From Candidatus Limnocylindrales bacterium (GTDB taxonomy: Bacteria; Chloroflexota; Limnocylindria; Limnocylindrales; CSP1-4), in assembly GCA_038204565.1 (NCBI GenBank), contig JBBRCU010000001.1, positions 83,844 through 147,843 of the forward strand: a DNA stretch of 64,000 bases, given 5' to 3'. The translations under genes and the position numbers were made by a program. The notes below the pieces were generated by a model. That model was not told where the DNA came from and made no database searches. It worked only from the letters and a program-made list of their open reading frames with translations. This document shows positions 53,785 through 62,950 of this stretch, in pieces; position 1 is the first letter of the stretch; each line of letters opens with the position of its first letter.

Positions 53785-54405
53785 TCAGGCCGGTCCCGTG
53801 GACCGGTCGCGAGGCCGCTGATTGGTGGGTCCGGGGGCAGGGGCGGCGAGCGCCTGGCGGAGCGCTTCGGTCTCCTCCGCGGACAGCGCCCCGTCCGATC
53901 GACCAGCGCTGACGGCCTTCGCGTAGACCCGTGTCCCGGTCCTCGAGTGGAGGCTGTTGACGACGAACCCGTTGCCGCCCGCGTCGGTCAGGGCCACCGC
54001 GAAGCTCTGGTTGCCGCCGGTGTCCTCGAACGGGTTGTAGCGGACGAGCCCGACCCGCTGGATCGCCAGCCGCCCCGACGCCTCCAGGACGGCCGAGCGC
54101 GCCGCCAGCTCATCGACCTCGCGGGCGACTGCGTAGACCTTGTCGAGATGGGCGTCGAGGATCTCGCCGAGGTTTGCGCCATCGGCCCCCCGAGTCAGGC
54201 TGGTCAGGCTTTGCCGCAGCCGGCCGATCCGGCGCGACTGAACGATGACGACAAGCAACAGGAGGAGGAGTCCGACCGCGAGCCCGACGACGGCCGCTCC
54301 GATGGATGGCTCGACCAGGGAGTTGAGATCGATCGCTTGGGTCCTCCGGGCGAGCGTCCGGGCACGGGGGCGCCGGCTGCCCGAGTCTAGCAGTTGACCC
54401 TTCAC
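53785..54405 (-). CDS. DUF4446-family membrane protein
   Basis: TM helix AAVVGLAVGLLLLLLVVIV, then QRVGLVRYNPFEDTGGNQSFAVALTDAGGNGFVVNSLHSR. The start is uncertain (GTG 54405, no SD). Confidence 0.7.
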   Translation of the reverse strand: MKGQLLDSGSRRPRARTLARRTQAIDLNSLVEPSIGAAVVGLAVGLLLLLLVVIVQSRRIGRLRQSLTSLTRGADGANLGEILDAHLDKVYAVAREVDELAARSAVLEASGRLAIQRVGLVRYNPFEDTGGNQSFAVALTDAGGNGFVVNSLHSRTGTRVYAKAVSAGRSDGALSAEETEALRQALAAPAPGPTNQRPRDRSTGPA

Positions 54406-54538
54406 GCCCGATCGCCCGGGTCAGGCGTCGCCGAGGCGCACCGCAGCGACCCCGCCCGACTCGCTAGTTCTCGCCGCCACTCGCCCCCGATGCTATCCTC
54501 CGGCCGCACCCACGAACCGCTCGGAGTCCCTACCGCCG

Positions 54539-54925
54539 ATGGCCAAGCGCTCCCGCCTGACCGCCCGACCCGGCCAGCGCAAGCCGCTCCAGCGCCCCGC
54601 CACGCGGGTCGCCGATCCCGAGCGGCCGGCTGGCAGCGTGACCCGCGCCGAAGAGGAACGTGCGGCCGAGCTCGAGGCGGCGATCCTGGCCGAGGAGAAG
54701 GCCGCCGAGGCGGCGCGCCGGCCCGTCGAGCGCGGCCCGCGATCGAGATCCGAATCGGTGGGCCGACCGACCCATTCATCGACACCGCTGTCGGTTCGCG
54801 CCGCCGACGAGTACGCCTACGTGAAGCGCGATGTCCGGCGGATCGCGATCGTCGGCGGCTTCCTGATCGCGATCCTCGCGGTGCTCGAGATCCTCGTCAA
54901 CGGGCTGAAGCTCTTCACCCTCTGA
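54539..54925 (+). CDS. Small tail-anchored membrane protein, unknown function
   Basis: 128 aa with a basic, disordered N-terminus, the helix EEERAAELEAAILAEEKAAEAA and the C-terminal TM IAIVGGFLIAILAVLEILV. TGCTATCCT lies at 54491-54499 upstream. Confidence 0.5.
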   Translation: MAKRSRLTARPGQRKPLQRPATRVADPERPAGSVTRAEEERAAELEAAILAEEKAAEAARRPVERGPRSRSESVGRPTHSSTPLSVRAADEYAYVKRDVRRIAIVGGFLIAILAVLEILVNGLKLFTL

Positions 54926-54964
54926 GCGTTCTGCGGGGCGGGCCGCCTGCCCCCAACCGGACGA

Positions 54965-54970
54965 TAGACT
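54965..54970 (+). promoter_or_regulatory. -10 box TAGACT 6 nt upstream of ATG 54977 (leaderless-type start of rarA)
   Basis: Reads GATAGACT-CCTGCC-ATG with no SD. Confidence 0.45.
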
Positions 54971-54976
54971 CCTGCC

Positions 54977-56485
54977 ATGCCGACGACACGCACCAAGGCC
55001 GGCGGCGCCAAGCCCGAACCCCTGTTCCAGCCGCCGCCGGGAGCGCAGCCGCTCGCGGCTCGCATGCGGCCACGGTCCCTCGACGAGTTCGTCGGCCAGG
55101 AGCACCTCGTCGGCGAGCGTGGACCACTCCGTCGGTCGATCTCTCGCGGACATCTGGGCTCGATCATCCTGTGGGGTCCGCCCGGCACGGGCAAGACGAC
55201 CCTCGCCCGACTGCTGGCGGATGCGATCGGCGCGGACATGATCGCCTTGTCGGCCGTGTCGTCGGGCGTCGCCGAGGTCCGCAACGCCATCGCCCGGGCG
55301 CAGGAACGGCTCACGATGAACGGCCAGCGGACGGTCCTGTTCATCGACGAGATCCACCGCTTCAACAAGGCCCAGCAGGATGCTCTCCTCCCCTACGTCG
55401 AGGACGGGACGATCACCCTCACCGGAACCACGACCGAGAACCCCTATTTCGAGGTCAACTCCGCGCTCCTTTCCCGGATGCGCGTCTGGCGCCTCGAAAG
55501 CCTCGCCGACGACGATGTCGCGACGGTCGTCCGGCGAGCCCTCGAGGACGCCGAGCGCGGCCTTGGCGGCACCCTCGGCCCCGACGGCGGCGCGGCTCTC
55601 GACGACGCCGCCTTCGACCACTTGATCTCGCTCGCAGGGGGCGACGCCAGGTCGGCGATGAACGTCCTCGAGGGCGCGGTCGCCCTCGCCGAGTCCGAGG
55701 GGATCCGCGATTCCGTTGGCCGTGTCTCCCCGCGGCTCGAGGATGTCGAGTCGGCCGCCCAGCAACGCGTCCTCGCCTACGACCGGGCGGGGGACGGCCA
55801 CTACGACACTGTCTCGGCGTTCATCAAGAGCCTCCGCGGCAACGATCCGGACGCCGCGCTCTACTGGCTGGCCGCGATGATCGCGGCCGGTGAGGACCCT
55901 CGTTTCATCGTCCGGCGGCTGATCATCAGCGCGTCAGAGGACGTCGGCAACGCCGATCCTCGAGCGCTCCAGGTCGCCGTCGCGGCGGCCCAGGCGCTCG
56001 ACCACGTCGGCTTGCCCGAAGCGCAGTACGCCCTCGCCCAGGCGACGACCTACATCGCGACCGCGCCGAAGTCGAACCGGGCCGGCCTCGCCTATTTCGC
56101 CGCCGCGGGCGACGTCGCGGCAGTCGGATCGCTGCCGGTGCCGCTGCACCTGCGGAGCGCGGGCGACCGCCGCATGAAGCAGCACGGGATCGGAGTCGGC
56201 TATCGCTATCCGCAGGAGTTCGAGGGTGCCGACGTCGACCAGCAGTACCTGCCTGACGAGCTCGCCGATCGCCGCTACTACCTTCCCGCGGATCAAGGCT
56301 ACGAGACGACGATCGCGGCCCGCCAGGCTGGTCGGGCGGCGGCGCGGGCAGCGGCGAAAGCCGCCGGGCGGTCGCCGCGCAATGCGAATCCGACGCCGGA
56401 AGTCCGCAAGAGCGATCCGATGGGGACCCGCGAGACGAGCCGCAAGAAGCTAGCGGAGACCCAGAAGGACGACGCGGCCGGCTGA
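54977..56485 (+). CDS. rarA: Replication-associated recombination protein A (MgsA/RarA AAA+ ATPase)
   Basis: 502 aa with LDEFVGQEHLVG, Walker [17 protein letters not shown] and Walker B LFIDEIHRFNK. The C-terminal MgsA domain has HYDTVSAFIKSLRG. Confidence 0.92.
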   Translation: MPTTRTKAGGAKPEPLFQPPPGAQPLAARMRPRSLDEFVGQEHLVGERGPLRRSISRGHLGSIILWGPPGTGKTTLARLLADAIGADMIALSAVSSGVAEVRNAIARAQERLTMNGQRTVLFIDEIHRFNKAQQDALLPYVEDGTITLTGTTTENPYFEVNSALLSRMRVWRLESLADDDVATVVRRALEDAERGLGGTLGPDGGAALDDAAFDHLISLAGGDARSAMNVLEGAVALAESEGIRDSVGRVSPRLEDVESAAQQRVLAYDRAGDGHYDTVSAFIKSLRGNDPDAALYWLAAMIAAGEDPRFIVRRLIISASEDVGNADPRALQVAVAAAQALDHVGLPEAQYALAQATTYIATAPKSNRAGLAYFAAAGDVAAVGSLPVPLHLRSAGDRRMKQHGIGVGYRYPQEFEGADVDQQYLPDELADRRYYLPADQGYETTIAARQAGRAAARAAAKAAGRSPRNANPTPEVRKSDPMGTRETSRKKLAETQKDDAAG

Positions 56486-56596
56486 CTGCCGCTGTGCACC
56501 ACAGGCGCGTCCGTCGCACCTCCCGGTCTGCGGTCGTCTGTCCCCGTACCATCGCGATCAGGAGGCAACGCTGCCGGTCCGGATGCTGACGCCCGC

Positions 56597-57976
56597 ATGA
56601 TCCTGCTGCGCCGCCTCGTCGACCGGGTCTTCCCGCGCGGCGCGCTGCTCCTGTCGGTCCTGTCGTTCGGCTACTTTGCCGTCGGCATCGCCCGCAACCG
56701 GATCCTCGCCGGTGAGTTCGGGGCGAGCGCGGAGCTCGACGCCTACAACGCGGCCTTCCGGATCCCCGAGATCGCTCTCGACATCCTCGTCGCTTCCGGG
56801 CTGTCGGCACCATTCGTCCCGATCTTCAGCCGGCTCCTCGGCCACGGCGAGGCCTCGGGCCGGGCGGCGGCGGAGGCGTTCGGCCAGAGCGTGATGACGG
56901 CGGCGGCGGCGGTGATGACGGTCGCGCTCGCCCTGCTTTTTCTGTTTGCGCCGTGGATCGCCGACACGTTGTGGAAGGACTTCGACGGCCCCACCCGGGC
57001 CCTCTACGTCAACCTCCTCCGCATCAACTGCTTTGCCCAGGTGATGTTCGCTGTCTCGAACACCCTTGGCGATGTCCTGATCGTCCATCGCCGGTTCCTG
57101 CTCTACGGTCTGGCGCCGATCCTCTATACGAGCGGGATCGTCGTCGGCGGGCTCGTCCTCTCGCCGGCGATCGGGATCTACGGCCCGGCAATCGGGGCCG
57201 TCGGCGGCGCCGTCGCCCACGTCGCGATTCGCGCGATCGGCCTCCGCCGAATCGGCTTCCGGATCCGTCCCCGCTTCGAGTTCCGGGCGCCGCCGTTCCG
57301 AGAGTTCCTCGCCCTGATGCTGCCGCGGATGGTCAGCTACCCGATCGACCCGATTGTCGTCACCTTGATGACGACCCTCGCAGTGGGCATCGGGGCGGGC
57401 AACGCAACGGCCCTTTCCTTTGTCCTGGACTACCAGTTCGTGCCGGTCCAGGTGATCGCCATCGCCTTCTCATTGGCGGTGTTCCCGGTCCTGTCGCAGG
57501 CGTTTGCCGATGACGACGGCACGACGTTCCGGCGGGTCCTGGTCAGGAACGTCGTGATGATCGGCGGACTGACGGCGCTCGCGGCGGCGGCCCTCGCGAT
57601 CCTCGCCCGGCCACTCGTCTCGAGTCTGCTCGGCGGCGGCCGGTTCGGGCCGGATGCCGTCGCGTTGACCTCTGGCCTGCTCGTGGCGTTCGCGATCTCG
57701 ATCCCGATCGACAGCCTCTCGTACCCCCTCTCCCGCGCCCTGTACGCGACGCACAACACGCTCTGGCAGGCCGCAGCCTCGATCCTCGGACTGGCTGCGA
57801 TGGTCGGCGCGTCACAGGTTCTCGTTCCGACGATCGGGGCAGCCGGGATCGCGTTCGCCTACGCGATCGGCGGGGCAGTGAAGATCGCGCTGCTCGCAAT
57901 CGCGGTCGTCCGCCGGGTCGGACCGCTCCGGAGCGGTCCGCCGCCGGTCGCATCGGCCGCCGCCGATCCCGCCTGA
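56597..57976 (+). CDS. murJ: Lipid II flippase MurJ/MviN family
   Basis: 459 aa and polytopic. N-terminal signature is GIARNRILAGEFGASAELDAYNAAFRIPEIALDILV. Confidence 0.85.
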   Translation: MILLRRLVDRVFPRGALLLSVLSFGYFAVGIARNRILAGEFGASAELDAYNAAFRIPEIALDILVASGLSAPFVPIFSRLLGHGEASGRAAAEAFGQSVMTAAAAVMTVALALLFLFAPWIADTLWKDFDGPTRALYVNLLRINCFAQVMFAVSNTLGDVLIVHRRFLLYGLAPILYTSGIVVGGLVLSPAIGIYGPAIGAVGGAVAHVAIRAIGLRRIGFRIRPRFEFRAPPFREFLALMLPRMVSYPIDPIVVTLMTTLAVGIGAGNATALSFVLDYQFVPVQVIAIAFSLAVFPVLSQAFADDDGTTFRRVLVRNVVMIGGLTALAAAALAILARPLVSSLLGGGRFGPDAVALTSGLLVAFAISIPIDSLSYPLSRALYATHNTLWQAAASILGLAAMVGASQVLVPTIGAAGIAFAYAIGGAVKIALLAIAVVRRVGPLRSGPPPVASAAADPA

Positions 57977-57991
57977 GCAACCGGGCGGCCG

Positions 57992-58981
57992 TCAGGCCCG
58001 CGGGATCGTCGGCACCACGACGATGAAGTTGCCGTCCCGAGCCGGGTACAGGCCCTCAGGGCGCTTCCAGGGAAGGAAATTGCGCACCATTTCAGAGGCG
58101 TTCTGGAACGTCCCGGGCGGATCCGACGGACCCCAGATCGAGGAGACCCGCGGATACCAGGGGTCGAGAATGTAGGTTCCGCTGACCTTCGCGTTGGCGA
58201 AGACCGCCGGGTCGGCGTTGGCCCGGTAGCCGGACATCACCCAGGTGTGGGCGCCATACCAGACGACGAGAATCGCCGGAGAGCGGGTGGTCGAGATCGC
58301 CTTTGCTGCGCCACGGAGCGCATCTGCGCGCGTCTGATAGGCCCGGACCTGATATCCGGGCACACCGTATGCGGTCAACGCCTTGACCATCGCGGACGGA
58401 CCCCAGTCCAGGTTGTGACTGTCGGAGTACGTCTCCCATTCGTGGATCCGCCCGGCGATCTCGGTCTCACGAGCATTCGACGGGGCACCCCTGCCCATGA
58501 TCGCGAGGACGATCGAGACCCCGGCGGGGGCGCACCACGTGTTGCGGAGCTCGGAGGCGAAGACGGCGTCATGGTTCTGGACGAGATCCACGTCGACGGC
58601 GACCCGCGGGATCGGGGTCGGCGTCGGGCGCGGGGTCGGCTGCGGCTGGCCGCTCGCGCCAGCGACGGTCGACGTCGGCGAGGGCGAGGGCGAGGGCGCG
58701 TCCGGCTCCGGGGTCACCACGACCGTCGGTTCAGTGACCCGGTCCGCAGGCGGTGGGCCGGCCAGGATCCGATCGACCTTGGCGACGAAGCGCTCGTACA
58801 GGTGCCCGGCACCGAGGGCGTCGGTCGCGACAGCTGCCGCCCCGACTCCGCCACCGGCGAGCCCGAGGATGAGGATCACGATCAGGACCGTTCCGAGGCG
58901 GCCCCGGCGGCGCTCGACCCTGAGGCTGGGGTACGCGGCCGAAACGCGGCGGGGCGGGACGTGCAAGGGACGAGACTCCAT
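57992..58981 (-). CDS. Membrane-anchored protein with a papain-like (C39-like) cysteine-peptidase-type domain
   Basis: Start taken at ATG 58981. A TM anchor (VLIVILILGLAGGGVGAAAV) and a Pro/Ser/Thr linker precede a domain with candidate catalytic Cys NTWCAPAGVSIVLAIMG and His YGAHTWVMSGY. The family call is by pattern only. Confidence 0.5.
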   Translation of the reverse strand: MESRPLHVPPRRVSAAYPSLRVERRRGRLGTVLIVILILGLAGGGVGAAAVATDALGAGHLYERFVAKVDRILAGPPPADRVTEPTVVVTPEPDAPSPSPSPTSTVAGASGQPQPTPRPTPTPIPRVAVDVDLVQNHDAVFASELRNTWCAPAGVSIVLAIMGRGAPSNARETEIAGRIHEWETYSDSHNLDWGPSAMVKALTAYGVPGYQVRAYQTRADALRGAAKAISTTRSPAILVVWYGAHTWVMSGYRANADPAVFANAKVSGTYILDPWYPRVSSIWGPSDPPGTFQNASEMVRNFLPWKRPEGLYPARDGNFIVVVPTIPRA

Positions 58982-59303
58982 GGGAGGTGGAACGCAGCGC
59001 CCGGTTGACGATCCGCGGGCTGGCCATGCGACGCGAACAAAACCGGTCCGGGGCGAGCGATCGTATCCGCCTTCGTCAGATTGATCCCCAGGGAGCCCGC
59101 ACCGCGGTCGGTTGCTCGGGGCGCCGGGGGCGGTTTCAGGCTCATCGAAGCGGTCGCCCTGATCGCAGCGCTGCCGGTTCGGCCGTTCAGTCGACCGACC
59201 CACTCGGCAGCCCGGCTGGCACGATCCGGGCGCTTCTGCGACCATCGCAGGACCGTCGCCGATCGCACCCGCCCTGCCCGCCCGCGCCCCGAGGAGGCTC
59301 CCC

Positions 59304-60515
59304 GTGGATCGCTTCGAACCAAATCTCCGGATCCCAGGCCCGACTGCCCTGCCGCCGTCGGTACGTGAGGCCGGCGGCCGCCAGATGATCAACCACCGTG
59401 GCCCGGAGTTCGCGGCGATGCTCGGTCGGATCCTCGAGGGAATGAAGCCGTTCTTCGGGACGACGAACGATGTCGTCATGCTCAGTTGCGCCGGCACGGG
59501 CGGTCTCGAGACCGCCGTGGTCAACATGCTGTCGCCCGGCGACCGGGTCCTCGGCGTATCCATCGGGAGCTTCGGCGACCGGTTCGCGAAGATCGCCGGG
59601 ATCTACGGCGCGGACGTCACGAAGCTCGACGCGGAATGGGGCTACGCCGCCGCCGCCGACGAAGTCCGCGAGCGCCTCCGGACGATGCCTGACGTCAAGG
59701 CCGTCCTGCTCACCCACAACGAAACATCGACGGGCGTCATGAACCCCATCGTGGACCTGGCGGCGGCTATTCGGGCCGAGGCGCCCGAGGCGCTCATCCT
59801 CGTCGACAGCGTGTCCGGTCTGGGGGCAGTGCCGTTCCAGATGGACGCGTGGGGCGTCGACGTCGTCGTGACCGGCTCGCAGAAGGCGTGGATGGCGGCC
59901 CCCGGCCTGGCGATGGTTGCGGCGTCCGAGCGCGGCTGGGCCGCCACCGAGACCGCGAAGATGCCCCGCTTCTACCTCGACATGCGCTCCCACCGCGAAT
60001 CGGCGGCCCTCGGCCAGACCCCGTTCACGCCCGCAATCGGGGTGGTCTTCCAGGTCGACGAGGGCCTTCGCCTCATGCAGGCCGAGGGCGCGGAGGGCGT
60101 GTTCGCCCGGCACGAGGCATGTGCCGCGGCGACGCGAGCCGGGCTGACGGCGCTTGGGTTCGAGCTCTTCGCAGACCCGGGTCACGCATCGCGGACAGTC
60201 ACGGCCGCCAACCTGCCCGAGGGCCACGACTGGAAGGCCTTCAACGGCGCGATCAGGGCCCACGGAGTCATTCTCGCCGGCGGCCAAAGCAAGCTGACCG
60301 GCAAGATCTTCCGGGTCGGGCACCTCGGCTCGGTCACGGTCGAGGAGATTCTCGGGACGATCGCGGTCCTCGAGCGGGTCTCGATCGAGCAGGGCCGCCG
60401 GATCGAACCCGGCCGGGCCGTTGCCGCGGCGCAGGCCGCCGCGCTCGCAGTCCAGACCCGCTCCACGACGGAGGCAGCCTCGGCGAGCCAGGCCCGGGCC
60501 ACGGTCCCCGCATGA
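59304..60515 (+). CDS. Class V (AGXT/SPT-like) PLP aminotransferase, probable phosphoserine aminotransferase role
   Basis: 403 aa with IPGPTALPPSV and HRGPEFA. The PLP Lys lies in TGSQKAWMAAPG. GAGGAGG lies 6 nt upstream of GTG 59304. ATGA overlap with serA. Confidence 0.8.
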   Translation: MDRFEPNLRIPGPTALPPSVREAGGRQMINHRGPEFAAMLGRILEGMKPFFGTTNDVVMLSCAGTGGLETAVVNMLSPGDRVLGVSIGSFGDRFAKIAGIYGADVTKLDAEWGYAAAADEVRERLRTMPDVKAVLLTHNETSTGVMNPIVDLAAAIRAEAPEALILVDSVSGLGAVPFQMDAWGVDVVVTGSQKAWMAAPGLAMVAASERGWAATETAKMPRFYLDMRSHRESAALGQTPFTPAIGVVFQVDEGLRLMQAEGAEGVFARHEACAAATRAGLTALGFELFADPGHASRTVTAANLPEGHDWKAFNGAIRAHGVILAGGQSKLTGKIFRVGHLGSVTVEEILGTIAVLERVSIEQGRRIEPGRAVAAAQAAALAVQTRSTTEAASASQARATVPA

Positions 60516-62098
60516 GGATCCTCGTCGTCGAACCGATCGCGCGCGAGGGAATCGAGCGGCTGCGGGCCGTCCACGAGGTCGACGAGCGGCCGGGAATCAA
60601 GCCCGACGAGCTGCGGGCGATCCTGCCGGGCTACGACGCGCTCGTCGTCCGCAGCCAGGTCCAGGTCGACGCATCGGTCATTGCCGCCGCCGGCAACCGG
60701 CTGCAGGTCGTCGGACGAGCCGGCGTCGGCGTCGACAACGTCGATCTCGACGCCGCGACCGCCGCCGGGATCACGGTCGTCAACGCCCCGACCGGCAACA
60801 CGATCGCAGCCGCCGAGCATACCCTCGCCCTGCTCTACGGCGTCGCCCGGAAGGTCGCCGCGGCGGACGCCTCACTCCGCCGGGGCGAGTGGAAGCGGGC
60901 CCAGTTCACCGGCCTCGAGCTCCGCGGCCGGACGCTCGGGATCGTCGGGCTCGGCAAGATCGGGCAGGCCATCGCGGCCAGGGCGGTGGCGATGGAGATG
61001 GTCGTCCTCGCCTCGGATCCGTTCGTGACCGCGGAGCAGGCTGCCCACCACGGCGTGGAACTGGTCTCGTTCGACACGCTGGTCGAGCGGTCCGACGTGA
61101 TCACCGTCCATGTCCCGTTGACGCGGGCGACGCGCGGGCTGATCGGGCGGGACCAGATCGCCCGGATGAAGCGCGGGACGATCCTGCTCAACGTCGCCCG
61201 CGGTGGGATTCTCGACGAAGCCGCGGTGGCCGACGGGCTCCGGGACGGCCAGCTCGCCGGCGCCGGGATCGACGTGTTCGATGCCGAGCCCCCGGTCGGC
61301 TCGCCCCTCCTCGATGCGCCGAACACCCTGCTGACCCCACATCTCGGAGCGTCGACCGCCGAGGCCCAGGTGCTCGTGGCCGAGGAGGTGGCCGACCAGG
61401 TCCTCGACGTCCTCGCCGGGCGCTCGGCGCGGTATGCGGTGAATGCGCCACTGCTGACCCCGGAGACCGCCCGGGCCATCGCGCCCTATCTCCCGCTCGC
61501 GGAGCTCCTGGGGCGGTTCTTCGCCCAGTTCGCCCGGAGCGGTGTCCGGACCGTGACCCTCGAGATCGCCGGCGAGCTCGCCGCATACGACGCTTCGCCG
61601 CTGACCGCCGCGGTCCTGCGGGGGATGATCGAAACCTCGACGACCCAGCGGGTCAATCTCGTCAACGCCGCAGCCCTGGCCAAGGCCCGCGGGATCACGG
61701 TCGTCGAGCGCAAGACGCCCGACGCCGGCTCATACGCCGCCCAGATCACCCTGTCGGGCGAGAGCGGCGGACGGTCGACGACGATCGCCGGGACCGTCGC
61801 CGGTGGCGAGCCCCGGCTGACCCGGCTCGACGACTACCGTCTCGATCTCGAGCCGACCGAAGTGATGCTGATCACCCACCATCGCGACCGGCCGGGGATG
61901 ATCGGCCGGATCGGCCAGACCCTCGGCGAGGCGGACGTGAACATCAGCGCGATGCACGTCGGACGAAGCGCGCCGCGGGCCGACGCCCTGATGATCCTGG
62001 CCCTCGACGACGACGTCGCCGCGGAGGTCGCCGAGGCGATCCGGAGCCATGAGTCGGTCATCGAGCTTTGGACGATTCGCCTCGGGCGGGACCGCTGA
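60512..62098 (+). CDS. serA: D-3-phosphoglycerate dehydrogenase with C-terminal ACT domain
   Basis: Start refined to ATG 60512, giving 528 aa. Motifs are VGRAGVGVDNVD, the NAD site GIVGLGKIGQAIA, and NVARGG. The ACT-like C-terminus has MLITHHRDRPGMIGRIGQTLGEADVNI. Confidence 0.92.
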   Translation: MRILVVEPIAREGIERLRAVHEVDERPGIKPDELRAILPGYDALVVRSQVQVDASVIAAAGNRLQVVGRAGVGVDNVDLDAATAAGITVVNAPTGNTIAAAEHTLALLYGVARKVAAADASLRRGEWKRAQFTGLELRGRTLGIVGLGKIGQAIAARAVAMEMVVLASDPFVTAEQAAHHGVELVSFDTLVERSDVITVHVPLTRATRGLIGRDQIARMKRGTILLNVARGGILDEAAVADGLRDGQLAGAGIDVFDAEPPVGSPLLDAPNTLLTPHLGASTAEAQVLVAEEVADQVLDVLAGRSARYAVNAPLLTPETARAIAPYLPLAELLGRFFAQFARSGVRTVTLEIAGELAAYDASPLTAAVLRGMIETSTTQRVNLVNAAALAKARGITVVERKTPDAGSYAAQITLSGESGGRSTTIAGTVAGGEPRLTRLDDYRLDLEPTEVMLITHHRDRPGMIGRIGQTLGEADVNISAMHVGRSAPRADALMILALDDDVAAEVAEAIRSHESVIELWTIRLGRDR

Positions 62099-62103
62099 CG
62101 GGC

Positions 62104-62946
62104 ATGGACCCAACGACGCCGGCGGGTGACAGCGCGGTCCTGATCCCCGCCGATCTCGACGCGACGATCGTCCTCGTCCGCCATGGCGAGTCCGAGCTGA
62201 TCGTCGAGCGCCGCTTCCAGGGCCAGGCCGAATCGCCGCTATCGGCGATGGGCCGCCGCCAGGCAGCGCTCGTCGCCGCCCGGCTTGCCCGGCCCCATGC
62301 TCGGCCGGGCCTGCCCATCCCGTCCGGACCGCCCCTCGCGATCGTCCACTCGCCGCTGGGCCGGGCCGCCGAGACCGCGACGGCGATCCACGCCACGGCG
62401 ACGTCGTCCGACGGCTTCGGCGGGCCGATCCCGATCCGCCCCGACGGCCGGTTCCTCGAGATCGGCCAGGGCGAGTGGGAAGGACTGCGCTCGACCGAGA
62501 TCGAGGAGCACCAAGGCGAGCGTCTGGCGGCGTGGCGCAGAACTCCGACTCTCGCCTGGGCGCCGGGCGGCGAGCGCCTCGAGGCGGTCCGGGACCGCGT
62601 CGCGCCGGGTCTGTCCGACCTCCTGGCCGAGTTGGCGGCGGCCGGATCACCCGGCTCGATCACGGCACCCCAGGTCGGGGGCTATGGCGAACGGGCAACC
62701 GATCAACCGTGGACGATCCTCGTCGGCCACGATGGGGTCTTCAAGGTCGTCCTGCTGACCCTGTTCGGCCTGCCCCTCGAACGCTTCTGGATGTGGTCCT
62801 CGGACCTGTGCGGGATCTCCGTTGTCGAGGTCCGGGCGGGCCGACCCGTGATCCGGGCGATGAACCTGACCGAGCACCTCGCCGGCCTCCTCGACGACGA
62901 GGCCCAGGCCGAGACGAAGGCACGGGCCCGGACCGGAGCTCTGTAG
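62104..62946 (+). CDS. Histidine-phosphatase (dPGM/CobC-like) family protein
   Basis: Start refined to ATG 62104. Motifs are the RHG motif LVRHGES, plus SPLGRAAETA, EWEGL and VGHDGVF. Confidence 0.8.
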   Translation: MDPTTPAGDSAVLIPADLDATIVLVRHGESELIVERRFQGQAESPLSAMGRRQAALVAARLARPHARPGLPIPSGPPLAIVHSPLGRAAETATAIHATATSSDGFGGPIPIRPDGRFLEIGQGEWEGLRSTEIEEHQGERLAAWRRTPTLAWAPGGERLEAVRDRVAPGLSDLLAELAAAGSPGSITAPQVGGYGERATDQPWTILVGHDGVFKVVLLTLFGLPLERFWMWSSDLCGISVVEVRAGRPVIRAMNLTEHLAGLLDDEAQAETKARARTGAL

Positions 62947-62950
62947 GGCC

